This document shows positions 47,754 to 57,614 of a stretch of 64,000 bases of DNA, piece after piece. The DNA is from Polyangiaceae bacterium. GTDB lineage: Bacteria; Myxococcota_A; Polyangia; Polyangiales; Polyangiaceae. Numbering within the stretch: position 1 is the first letter of the stretch; the number at the start of each line of letters is the position of its first letter. The notes beneath the pieces were generated by a model. The model was not told the origin of the DNA, searched no databases, and saw only the letters and a program-made list of their open reading frames with translations. Location: the NCBI GenBank assembly GCA_044376115.1, contig JBILLK010000008.1:192001-256000 (forward strand), written 5' to 3'. The position numbers were made by a program, and so were the translations under genes.

Positions 47754-49948
47754 CTCACAGATCCTGCCACGGCCTTCTCCATCCCATCAACGAGCCAAGC
47801 CATGAGCCGTTGAACGACGTCCCATGAGGCGGGCGCGCCGCTGAAGACGGGCGCGAGAGCGACGCGGGCGGCGGCGGCCACGGCGCTGGGAGCTTCACCT
47901 GCGCGCAGGGCGGCGAAGGCTCGGCCGAGCGGTTCGGCAGCGAACAGCATGCGGCCCTCGGCGCTGTCAGCGTGAGGATGGTTGAGCATCGCGCGCGCTC
48001 GCTCGAGGTCGGCGCGGGCGTCTCGGTCGCGCCCGAGGGAGAAGCACGCCATGGCGCGGTCGGCGAGGCTCGCGCCGGCGAGCGCTGCAGAGCCGCGCGC
48101 CTCGTTCTTTCGAAGCGCCTCGTCGAAGTCGGTCCAAGCCTGCTCCGGCGCGCCGCGTACGAGCTGGAGCAAGCCGCGCTTACCGAGCAGGGTGCACTCG
48201 GAGCGCTCCACGCCGCGACACCGCGCGATCGCGAGCCCTTGTTCGAGCCAGCGTTCGCCCTCGGCCAGCTGGTGACGCATCAGCTGAATGCAGCCGATGG
48301 CCTCGCAAATGGTGGACGCAGCGACATCATCTCCCAGCGCGGTCCAGGTCGTGAACGCCTCGCGCAGCGCGCCGTCGAGATCGCCAACGCCGATCAAGGT
48401 CTCGGCGACGTGCAGGTGAAGGATCGCGCCGTCACGCAAGAAGCCGACGCGATCATAAACCGCGCGCGCCTCATTCAGCGCGAGGCGCGCGCCCGCGTGG
48501 TCGCCGGTGCGCGTGAGGTGCTGGCCCAGATCGACCAAAGCGCGGGCTCGAGCGAGCGGCTCTCCGAGCTCCTCCGCCGCAGCGAGCGCGTCCGCGAGCA
48601 ACGCGCGCGCTGTATCGCCGCCCAGCTCGAGCCGCAGCAGGTGCGCGAGTGCGGCGCTGGTGCGCGCGGTCCCGCGGCGGTCCTCTGCCTCCAGGTGCAA
48701 CGCGAGCGCGCGGCGCAACCACTCGGTGGCGTCGTGCACGCGCCCCAAGCTCGCCAGCGACTCGCCGAGCCTCGCCGCGATCCTGCCCTTCAAGCGGACC
48801 GCGCCGCTGCGGCCAATCAGGTCCCACGCCGACTCGAGCTCGCTCGCGGCGCTGCGAGGGTCTCGCGCTGAAGCGGCCTCGGCGCGCGCCAGCCGCACCT
48901 CGGCCTCTCGCTCGGGTGAGGTCGCGAGCTCGAGAGCGCGGTCGAGGAGCGCTGCGGGTGCGCCTTCGATCTGACCTTCGGCCTGAAGCAGACGACACTC
49001 GAGCGCTGGGTCTTCGAGCTCGACGCGCGCACGCGAGAGCACGTCGCGGCGCGCAGCAGCGTGCGCGAGCTGGAGGCCGAGGGCGCGATCGAGGACGAGG
49101 GCGAGCCGCGCGCGCAGCTCAGGCTCCTTGGCGTGCGCGTTCGCGCTCCAGAGTTCGGCGGAGATTTCGTGCAGCAGCTCCACCGCCTCGCGGTGTCGCG
49201 GCCCATCGAGTAAGGCGGCGGCTCGCTCGCCCTCGACGGCAAAGTGCAGCGCGTGACGTGCGCGCACCGTAACCAGCTCCTGCGCGTGTTCACGCGCTAA
49301 CTCGCGCACCGCGGCGAAGAGCGTAAAGCGGTCTCCAGCGCGCACCGCAAGGCTGCGCCGACAAAGCGACGCGAGCACCGCCGCTGCGTCGGGGGCGTCC
49401 ACGACTTTGCGGGCTGCCTGCAGTCGAAACCCGCCCTCGAAAATCGAAAGCAGCACGAGCACAGCCCGCTCGCGTTCACCCAAGAAGGACCACGACCACT
49501 CGACCGTCGCGCGCAGACTGGCGTGACGCGCCGGCGCATCGCGCGCACCGGCGATGAGCGTCGCGAGCGAACAATCGAGGCTCTCGAGCAGCGCCTGCGC
49601 GCCGATCACCCGCGCTTGCGCCGCCGCGAGTTCGATCGCGAGCGGCAGCCGGTCCACTCGCTCGACGATGGCCGAAAGCAGCTCCGGTGCAGTGGCCTCC
49701 GCGGGCTCGGCGAGCCGCTGTTTGAGCAACGCGACGGCCTCGGCGTTGGGCAGCGGGCCTACTTGCACCACAACCTCGTCCGCTATCCGTAGCGGCTCGC
49801 GCGAGGTGCACAGGATCGGCGCCGGCCGCGGCGACCACGAGGCGACCAGCGTCGCGATATCGGCGCTGATCTGCTCGGCGTTATCGAGGATCAAGAGGCG
49901 CGCGGGGCAGGCGGCGATCGCGTCGTCCCGTGGGCCAGCGGCTGCTGG
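47750..49948 (-). pseudogene. 5'-truncated STAND/NB-ARC-like ATPase + TPR protein
   Basis: Walker B LLILDNAE, TSREPL, LPLAIELAAA, RHASLRATVEWSW, then TPRs; no Walker A, and an in-frame stop at 49949-49951. Confidence 0.7.
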
Positions 49949-50094
49949 TCAAGGTCTGGGGCCACCGCCAAGGAGCCTGCGCGCCAAGATCGACGGCGAC
50001 GGCCATCGACACATCCTCTCGGTGCATGGCGACGGACCGAATTTGACCGAGAAGGTCCCAGGGCTCAAAGCCCGCGGCGTGGCATGCTCGGACC

Positions 50095-51306
50095 ATAAAG
50101 CGCTTCCTGCTTGGGTCGTTCGGTCTGTGGCTCTCTCTCCTCGCGGTGCCGGGTTGCGGCGACGATTCAGGCTCCGGCGGGACCGGCGGTGCTCCCTCGT
50201 CCGGGGGGAACGGCGGCGACGGAGGCTCGCCCGCGGGCGGCTCATCGACCGGCGGCTCATCGACAGGCGGACAGGGCGGCGCAGGCGGGGAAGGCGGCGC
50301 AGCGAGCGCGGGCCTCTCCTTCTACGACTACGGCCTTCCTATCGACCTCACACCCGACGGCAGCAGCGCGCTGATGCAAGACCTGCTCTCTTCGGTTGGA
50401 GACGTCTATATCGCCGACACGGCCAGCGGCGAGACCACGTTGCTCACCAGCGTTGGAGACCCGCTACGTGATCTGGCCACAGCGATGTCGGCTGACGGTG
50501 CGATCACCGCGCTGTATTCGGATCCGGTCGAGGCGGGCCTGTTCGACGGCAACTGGCGCGCGCTCGAGAGCGCGTTCGCTGGCGGCTGCGACATGGATAA
50601 CGGCGCAGCCTGGGACCTCAGCGCCGACGGCAGCGTGGTCGTTGGGATGATGTGGAACGGCTGCGCACCGCAAGCCTTCCGCTGGACCGACGACGGTACG
50701 GAAGGAACGACGCTGCTGCTCGAGCTGCTCGGAGACGGCCCCAACGGCACTCCGACCAACCGAGCCACCGCGGTCTCGGATGACGGCACGACCGCCGCAG
50801 GCTTCGCCTCTACGCTGGTGCTCGACCGCACGCCGGCCGTGTGGGCCGCGGACGGCTCCGGCTTTTTGCTAGACCCCGCGAATGTGGAGGAGCCCGGCGA
50901 GGTGCTCTCGATCTCCGAGGACGGCAGCGTGCTCGGCGGGACGTGGGGCAATCAAGCCTTCGTGTGGACCGAGGCCACCGGCCGCACCAACCTGCCCCGG
51001 CCGGACAGCTTCCTCCCCTCCGACCCCTGCTACGCAAACGCGATCAGCGCGGCGGGCGAGCTCGTGTTCGGTGGTTGCGGCAACCCGTTCTTCACCACGC
51101 CCGCCGCCGTCGTTTGGAAGGACGGCGCCGTGCGCCTGCTGACCGATGTGGTCGCCGAAAACGGCCTCGAGGTCCCCGCCGATCTAGCGCTCACCACCGT
51201 GCTCGCCGCCTCCAACGACGGCTCCATCCTCCTCGGCGTCGCGCTCGACCTCGTCACCTTCGACCAGAAGTCCTTCGTGTTGAGGCTCCCAGCGCCGATC
51301 GATTGA
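50095..51306 (+). CDS. Lipoprotein with HAF-like extracellular repeats; signal peptide begins at ATA
   Basis: IKRFLLGSFGLWLSLLAVPGC; repeats LSADGSVVVG, AFRWT, VSDDGTTAAG, ISEDGSVLGG. Confidence 0.8.
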   Translation: MKRFLLGSFGLWLSLLAVPGCGDDSGSGGTGGAPSSGGNGGDGGSPAGGSSTGGSSTGGQGGAGGEGGAASAGLSFYDYGLPIDLTPDGSSALMQDLLSSVGDVYIADTASGETTLLTSVGDPLRDLATAMSADGAITALYSDPVEAGLFDGNWRALESAFAGGCDMDNGAAWDLSADGSVVVGMMWNGCAPQAFRWTDDGTEGTTLLLELLGDGPNGTPTNRATAVSDDGTTAAGFASTLVLDRTPAVWAADGSGFLLDPANVEEPGEVLSISEDGSVLGGTWGNQAFVWTEATGRTNLPRPDSFLPSDPCYANAISAAGELVFGGCGNPFFTTPAAVVWKDGAVRLLTDVVAENGLEVPADLALTTVLAASNDGSILLGVALDLVTFDQKSFVLRLPAPID

Positions 51307-51481
51307 GGCCGGCTCATTCGCCGTTCCCCACCCCGGCGCTCGGAGGATCACGTGCTCACGAGCGATCCGGAGGACATCGGTCACCTGCTCGCGACGCGCA
51401 AGGTCGGGGCAACACTCGTCCGGACCTGAATTGGAACCGGCGCCGCAGGGAGCTTTTCGCGATCGAGGTACGTTGCCTCCC

Positions 51482-52540
51482 ATGGACGTCGCCAGCATCG
51501 CTCTCTTGATCGCCAAGCCAGAAAAGAGCGTGTACGTGCAGCTTGCGAGAGCGCTTCCAGTGCTGCGCCTTGCGCCGGAAGAGGTGCTGTCCAACCTGCC
51601 CGCGGTGATCCCCAAGCTCGCGGAGGTTGCCGCGCTGGAGGGCAGCGGACCCAATTGGGCGCTTTGGCTTGCAGCCGTCGAGGCCGCCGGCCTCGTGCCG
51701 GCGACGGCCGCGCAGGCGCTTCTCGAACATGAGGTGGGTGAAGCGCACGCAATGCACGACGTTCTCTCGGGGTTCGACCGAGAGTTCGGTCACTCGCTCG
51801 AGCTTCGCCGAGCGCTGTCGGTGCAGCTCGGACTGCCGTGGGACGAGGCGATGAAGCGGCCGCCGATTGCCCGCCCCAAACGGAAGCGCACGCCTGGGTT
51901 CGTGCTCAAGCCCTCGCGGACGAAGACGGCCCATCTTTTTGCACCAGCGCGGTCGCGAGGGCCCGATTGTCCGACGTGCGGTCGGGCGCACCGGGTTTGG
52001 TTCTCGCTCGACCTCGCGAGCGTGCCGCAACTGGCGGCGCAACTACCGGGCTGGTCCACATTCAACGCGACGGCTTGTCTCGACTGCGATGCGTCGGAGC
52101 AACTCGAGTCCATGGCCATCTACACCTCCTTCATCGTTAGCTCGTATCGCGCGTTCGATGAGGCGCGCAAGAAGGCCAGGCGGACTGGCAAGGATGTGCT
52201 CGAGCTGCTCGGCGACGCAAACGTCGACCTTGATTGGAACGATTCGTTCGCGGAAGCGTTTCTGAAGTATCTGGTCGGTCGGACCGTCGAGGATGAGCAG
52301 GACCGCGAGGCCTTCATGGTGGAGCCGATCGAGGCTCCGGGCTACGTGTTGTTCCCACTACCGGAACAGTTGGTGGAAGCGCTCGCTGGCTGGTCGGAGA
52401 AGAAGCGTGCGGCGACGGTAAAAGCGTACGAGCGGGCCGGCTTCGCAAAGGCGCACGAGGCGCTCGCCGCGCTCGAACCGCTGGCGAAACGTGCGAGCAC
52501 CGAGGGAAAGAACCTCTACCTGTGTATTCACATCCCCTGA
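51482..52540 (+). CDS. Hypothetical protein, apparently chimeric (helical N-part, CxxC...CxxC, second domain from MAIYT)
   Basis: CPTC...CLDC; internal GGAG plus in-frame ATG at 52112. Confidence 0.6.
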   Translation: MDVASIALLIAKPEKSVYVQLARALPVLRLAPEEVLSNLPAVIPKLAEVAALEGSGPNWALWLAAVEAAGLVPATAAQALLEHEVGEAHAMHDVLSGFDREFGHSLELRRALSVQLGLPWDEAMKRPPIARPKRKRTPGFVLKPSRTKTAHLFAPARSRGPDCPTCGRAHRVWFSLDLASVPQLAAQLPGWSTFNATACLDCDASEQLESMAIYTSFIVSSYRAFDEARKKARRTGKDVLELLGDANVDLDWNDSFAEAFLKYLVGRTVEDEQDREAFMVEPIEAPGYVLFPLPEQLVEALAGWSEKKRAATVKAYERAGFAKAHEALAALEPLAKRASTEGKNLYLCIHIP

Positions 52541-52581
52541 CGAAGGAAGGCTCGACCGAGCATTGAATACCTATCTAAACT

Positions 52582-53922
52582 TCACGGCGGCGTGGGGTTG
52601 CAACTAACTTGAAACATGCCCGTATTGCCAATGGGTTCGCACGACGCATTGGGGCATAGGCTGGGGCAGACCGATGGATTGGGGGCCATCGGCACAAGGC
52701 TGTTTTGACACTCGAGCAGCATGCCAAACGGCGGTGCTTGCAGGCCGCACTCAGCCTTGCAGTCACAGTAGCCTTTGATGATCGACACCTCTCCGCTAAA
52801 GCCGAAGAGCTGCGTGCACGCCTGACCGCAGCTGCCGTAAGTGCCAATGTTGCCAAGGCATTCGTCGTCAAAGCAGGTCCCAGAAGGCCCCATGCTAGCG
52901 TTCTGGAATAGGCAGGGCACGCCATCGATCGCGTTCACGCACGGCACGTCCACCGGGCACGCACACTGCAACTGCGCACACTCGGCTTGTTGAGCTCCGC
53001 AGTTAACGTTCTCACAGTCGGCCGGGCTCACGCACGGCATACCCGGTCCTCCCATTCCACCGCCACCACCGGCTGCACCGCCACCACCGGCCGCTCCGCC
53101 ACCACCGGCCGCTCCGCCGCCACCGGCCGCTCCGCCACCGCCACCGCCGGCTGCACCACCGCCACCAGCTGTACCGCCGCCACCGGCCGCTCCGCCACCG
53201 CCACCGCCGGCTGCACCACCGCCACCAGCTGTACCGCCGCCACCAGCCGCTCCGCCACCACCGGCTGCACCGCCACCGCCGGCCGCACCACCACCACCGC
53301 CACCGGCTGCACCGCCGCCAAGGTTACAGTTCGGATTGGCCTCGTCACACTTTGCCTCGGCGGAAACGCATTGCCCGCCTGCACACGTGAGGTCCGCATC
53401 GCAGGGAACGCCGATGCATGACCGCTCAATGACCACTGGCATTTTTAGCGGGACGCTCTTGATGAAGCCGAGCCGTCTGCGAACCACCACGCACGGTTGG
53501 AGATACAGTGGGTCGTCTTCTGGCTTGGTCGCTTTGAGCTTCAAACTTTGGTTGAGCAGCTCAAGACACTCAGTAGCCGTCTTCGCGCCGGCGATGCCAG
53601 CGGCTGAGCCGCTGGCGTTGGCATCGATGCCAGCGACCACGACCAGCTCAACCTGATCACCAGCACGGTCTTCCGAGGGAACGAGCACGAGCGAACCAAG
53701 GTTGGCTGGATCTTCGCACTCAGAGACGGTGGCGGTAGCGGTGATTTCCCCCGGTAGCGAGCCCCCCGCCGCGATCACCACCGATTGCAGCACGGCCTCG
53801 TTCGTCGTCTCTTTGCACACGAGCTCCGGTGCCGAAACCGCGACCGTGATCTGCGTGGGGTCGCGACACGAGATCAGGAGGAACAGTGCACCGAGTCGAG
53901 CGTTGCCGAGCGGATAAGCCAC
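52582..53922 (-). CDS. Lipoprotein with long Gly/Ala linker and Cys-rich C-domain
   Basis: LISCRDPTQITV; GSLVLVP; CVVVRRRLGF; CIGVPC; about 90-aa GGGGAA linker. Confidence 0.8.
   Translation of the reverse strand: MAYPLGNARLGALFLLISCRDPTQITVAVSAPELVCKETTNEAVLQSVVIAAGGSLPGEITATATVSECEDPANLGSLVLVPSEDRAGDQVELVVVAGIDANASGSAAGIAGAKTATECLELLNQSLKLKATKPEDDPLYLQPCVVVRRRLGFIKSVPLKMPVVIERSCIGVPCDADLTCAGGQCVSAEAKCDEANPNCNLGGGAAGGGGGGAAGGGGAAGGGGAAGGGGTAGGGGAAGGGGGGAAGGGGTAGGGGAAGGGGGGAAGGGGAAGGGGAAGGGGAAGGGGGMGGPGMPCVSPADCENVNCGAQQAECAQLQCACPVDVPCVNAIDGVPCLFQNASMGPSGTCFDDECLGNIGTYGSCGQACTQLFGFSGEVSIIKGYCDCKAECGLQAPPFGMLLECQNSLVPMAPNPSVCPSLCPNASCEPIGNTGMFQVSCNPTPP
53055..53320 (-). repeat. Gly-linker tandem repeat with 60-bp periodicity
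   Basis: 53114-53184 is repeated at 53174-53244; further 18-bp sub-units. Confidence 0.85.
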
Positions 53923-53980
53923 AGCCCAGCTTAACGCAAGACCCCTTCCCTCGGAGCCTCTCAGTACCTACCAAGTAACA

Positions 53981-54814
53981 ATGGCGGGACGGAGTTGCTT
54001 CACGCTGGGGGCTGGGCTCGCGGTTGTAGCGGCCCTTGTTTGGGGGACCGGGGGAGCGCCGGCTTGGGCTGAGCCCACCAGCGAGTGCTCGGAGGAGAGC
54101 TGGTTCTGCGATGAGGAGCCGGCCGAGTCGGAAGGCGAGGAGGAGCGGACGGAGGACGAGGTCGTTGAGGAGGCGCCAGCGGAGAACGATGGGCCGCCGA
54201 TTAGGCGCAAACGCAGGCGCGCGCCGGAGCCGCCCGCGGAGGTGGCGCCCGAAGCGCAGACGGTCGCGCGGCTGCCTGAGCTGCCCCCGCCGCCAGCGCA
54301 GGAGGAGGAGAGCTTCAGGGCTGTGGGCCTCAGCATCTCGCTGCTGCTGCGCAACATCGAAGGCAGCGAGGATCGTGAAGGGACGTTGCTCGGCGGTGGG
54401 ACGCTCTCGCTCCGTTTTCGCCCGGCAGAGGAGATCGCTCTCGACTTCGGCTTCGCGGCGATGGGCGGTACCGATGACCGCGATCGCAACCGCGGCGAGC
54501 TGAGCGGCTTCACCGACCTGCTCTGGTACCCGATCGTTGGCGACATCCGGCCGTACTTTGTTTTCGGCGGAGAGTTCGTCGGGGCGACGTCCAGCTGGGA
54601 GGCGCTCGACGGGACCGAGAACAGCGTGACCTACGAGTACGTCGCGCCACGTGGTGGGATCGGGGCCGAGATCGGGGACCGCGACTGGGGCGTCTTCGTC
54701 GATGGCATCGTAGCCCCTCGTTTCCCGACGAACGATGCGGCGGCGTTCGAGCTACGCGAGGATGACTTCCACCCGACGGGCCAGCTGCGAGGCGGGTTCG
54801 TCACCTACTGGTAA
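53981..54814 (+). CDS. Outer-membrane beta-barrel protein with acidic/Pro-rich N-terminal extension
   Basis: Signal peptide; amphipathic strands (IRPYFVFGG, GGIGAEI); terminal GFVTYW. Confidence 0.75.
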   Translation: MAGRSCFTLGAGLAVVAALVWGTGGAPAWAEPTSECSEESWFCDEEPAESEGEEERTEDEVVEEAPAENDGPPIRRKRRRAPEPPAEVAPEAQTVARLPELPPPPAQEEESFRAVGLSISLLLRNIEGSEDREGTLLGGGTLSLRFRPAEEIALDFGFAAMGGTDDRDRNRGELSGFTDLLWYPIVGDIRPYFVFGGEFVGATSSWEALDGTENSVTYEYVAPRGGIGAEIGDRDWGVFVDGIVAPRFPTNDAAAFELREDDFHPTGQLRGGFVTYW

Positions 54815-54942
54815 GCCCTGCGTTCGGCTGCGGACCGCGCTCAGAGCTCCCTCAATGGGTCGGACGTTACTTCGCCAATCGCGAACCTTTGAACGGACTT
54901 TTCCGCATTGTCGAAGTATCTGCCGGACTCAACGTTAGCGAG

Positions 54943-55215
54943 ATGAACTGTCCTAGATGTGGATCCGAGCCCTTGGATGAACGCGTTCGTGAGGGCGTTA
55001 CCATCGACGTATGCGGCGCGTGCCGCGGAATCTGGCTGGACCGCGGGGAACTCGAGAAGCTGATCGCTCGCTCGATGGATGCGAACCCCGCCCAATACGC
55101 GCAACCCGCCGCCTACCCAAGCGCGGACCGTCGCCATCGCGACGACGGACCACCGAGCAGTGACGCCCCCGGCCGACACCGTAAGAAGCGGAGCTGGCTG
55201 GATATCTTCGATTGA
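54943..55215 (+). CDS. zf-TFIIB-like zinc-finger protein
   Basis: MNCPRC...GVTIDVCGACRGIWLDRGELEKL...KKRSWLDIFD. Confidence 0.9.
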   Translation: MNCPRCGSEPLDERVREGVTIDVCGACRGIWLDRGELEKLIARSMDANPAQYAQPAAYPSADRRHRDDGPPSSDAPGRHRKKRSWLDIFD

Positions 55216-55311
55216 GGTCGGGATACCCGCCGCAGCCAACGCCGCTGAGGCACTCAGGCCACGCGCAACTCAATGCGCGCGTCCATCACGATGAGCGGGC
55301 GCTCGAGAAGG

Positions 55312-55932
55312 CTAGTTGGCGAGATCAGCGACGAAGGCACCTTGGAGCTTGTGCCCGTCCTCAAACTCACCCTTCATATCGAAGGTTCCGCAGACCTTCC
55401 CGTCGGACATCTTGACGAGGTTCACGCTACCCTTGAGGGCCCAGCCGATCGCCTGCTTTTCGGCATACAAGCTCGTGTCGGCATGCGCCTTCCCGAAGGT
55501 TTCTGAGCCGCTTAGATAGACGCCGGGAGCGATGGTTTTGTCCTTCTCGCGGATGTTGATCTCCACGATCCCGTCACCCTTGACGAGCTGGCCGAGTGGC
55601 ACGAGCTTGTTGCCGATGCGGATGGTGAGCTTCTTGCCTTCCTTGTCGAGGGTGGCGCTGCTCAACGTGAAGCCAGCAACTTCGTGCGGCCCTGTTGTCG
55701 CCCAACCCTGGACTGTTGTTTCGAGCGCGGTGACCTTCGTAACTGCGGGGCACTCGACGCTCGGCGTCTCGGGCTTGGCAGCTGCTGTCGTCTCAGCGCT
55801 AGGCGTAGTGCGAGGCGCGGTCTCAGGCGAAGCGCTAGCCTTGCCAGCGCTGGGGGACCCAGTTGAATTGCTCGCGGAACAGGCAGCAGAAACAGCAAAG
55901 GCCCAGACCGCAACAAAGTTGGAAACTCTCAA
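55312..55932 (-). CDS. Hypothetical lipoprotein
   Basis: Lipobox SAAC; Ser/Thr/Pro linker; beta-rich domain. Confidence 0.7.
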   Translation of the reverse strand: MRVSNFVAVWAFAVSAACSASNSTGSPSAGKASASPETAPRTTPSAETTAAAKPETPSVECPAVTKVTALETTVQGWATTGPHEVAGFTLSSATLDKEGKKLTIRIGNKLVPLGQLVKGDGIVEINIREKDKTIAPGVYLSGSETFGKAHADTSLYAEKQAIGWALKGSVNLVKMSDGKVCGTFDMKGEFEDGHKLQGAFVADLAN

Positions 55933-56077
55933 TCGGTTCTCCTTGCACTCGCATCGTCTTGACGCAGGAGGAGGGTACAGCTGCGGATGGAGCCGAGGGC
56001 GAATATTGTCAAGACGATCGATTGTGACGGCGTCGAGGCCGACGACGGCACGCGTTTACAGCTGCGCTGATTCGCGA

Positions 56078-56557
56078 CTACAGCTTCGCCTCGCACGCCT
56101 TCTCGGTCGGCTCGCTCTTCGAGCTAGAGCCGTCAGGCTTCAGTAGTTCGGCCTTGAGCTGGGCAATCACTGCATCGTTGTTCGAGGTCTCCGAATGGGA
56201 GTCGAGCAGCGGCTGCAGCGCTGTGCTCGCAGGTACCCACGGCGTGCAGGCGGTTGACCTGCTGCTACCGCTCTCGCCTCCGTCAGGAGGGGCGTGCCCC
56301 ACGAACCATTGCTCCGAGCGCGTGCGAACGCTCCAGCCGCTCTCGCTCGGCGCTACATCGAAATGCTCGAGCTTGCCGAAGTGCGGGTTGTCCTCGCGCG
56401 CGTAAAGAAGCTCGAACGCTGCGCGCGACTTGGTTGAATCCACCGTGGGGTCGGGAGGCACCGAGCCGGGACCATCCGGAGGTGTGCGCGTTGAAGTGCT
56501 CGCACAACCAAGCGCAAAGGCGATCAGGAGAGCGGGCACGCAACGGAGGGTTCGCAT
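56078..56557 (-). CDS. Hypothetical lipoprotein
   Basis: Lipobox ALGC. Confidence 0.65.
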   Translation of the reverse strand: MRTLRCVPALLIAFALGCASTSTRTPPDGPGSVPPDPTVDSTKSRAAFELLYAREDNPHFGKLEHFDVAPSESGWSVRTRSEQWFVGHAPPDGGESGSSRSTACTPWVPASTALQPLLDSHSETSNNDAVIAQLKAELLKPDGSSSKSEPTEKACEAKL

Positions 56558-56698
56558 GCAAGCTCAAACGCAAATGTGGTTCGCAGCTTACACCTCGGGC
56601 TTACGGCAATGTGTCGCGAGCGGGCAGCGGGGTTGCAACCTCAACGCTAGACCGCGTCTACTGGATAACGTGTTAGCGCGACAGCAACGAGCGACGCA

Positions 56699-57601
56699 TT
56701 GAAGCGGGCAATCCGGGCCCTCCTTCCGCTCAGCCTGCTGCTCACAACAGGCTGCGTCCCAGCAGAGCCGCCCGAGGTGCCGAGCTACTTCCTTTCGCTC
56801 GAGTGCGGAAAGCCGCTCCCCACAACCTGCGGCACACGCACGCGCTCGTACACGCAACTCCCGAGCCGCGTCGGCGCAACCACGACAAGGCTCTTTCCGG
56901 CACTCGAGCTGCAGAGCCTTGCGGAGCTACGTCCAAACCGCTGGGGCTCACAGCCATGGCTCGCGTATCAGCCAAGGAAGGCCGAGGTGATCGATCTCGA
57001 CGCCGGAGAAGACGAGCGCGACGAGCCCTACAAACCCGGCCCTGGCGAGCCACCCGCGATCGGTACAATGACCGAACAAGCAGCCCAGGCCAAGCGTCTC
57101 TTCGATAAGGCTCAATGGGAGCAAGCCGCCGTGGAACTCGAGCCTTTCGCGCTGGGAGCTCACGGCGACGACGAGGGCAATCGACAGCTCGCCGAGTATC
57201 ACCTCGCGGTCGTCCACTACAACCTGAAGGACTACGACGCTGCGACGGATCTCTTTCTGCTGATCGTCGAAGATCGTTCCCACCATAAGTTCAACGAGGC
57301 TGGGCTTTGGGTGTCGAGGCTCGGCCACGTGTGTCAAACCGGCAGGGTGTTGCGTGTCCTGGGCAAGCACTTCGAAAGGCAAGAAGGAGCGCTCACAGTT
57401 TGCTTCAAGTCCCCCGATTACGAGCGCATGCTCCGACAGGAGGATTTCATCCGTGCACGCGGTCTCGTCGAGCTCGGTGAGTTCGACGAAGCGACCAAAC
57501 TGTACACGCCGCTCCGGAACGATGTGGATTACGGCTACCGCACGCGCCAATGTCTCGAGTGGATTGAAGCCCAACCGAAGGCGCCCGCCGGCGCGCGATG
57601 A
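56699..57601 (+). CDS. TPR lipoprotein
   Basis: Lipobox TTGC; AKRLFDKAQWEQAA...AEYHLAVVHYNLKDYDAA; ARGLVELGEFDEA. Confidence 0.75.
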   Translation: MKRAIRALLPLSLLLTTGCVPAEPPEVPSYFLSLECGKPLPTTCGTRTRSYTQLPSRVGATTTRLFPALELQSLAELRPNRWGSQPWLAYQPRKAEVIDLDAGEDERDEPYKPGPGEPPAIGTMTEQAAQAKRLFDKAQWEQAAVELEPFALGAHGDDEGNRQLAEYHLAVVHYNLKDYDAATDLFLLIVEDRSHHKFNEAGLWVSRLGHVCQTGRVLRVLGKHFERQEGALTVCFKSPDYERMLRQEDFIRARGLVELGEFDEATKLYTPLRNDVDYGYRTRQCLEWIEAQPKAPAGAR

Positions 57602-57614
57602 GCAAACAAGACGG

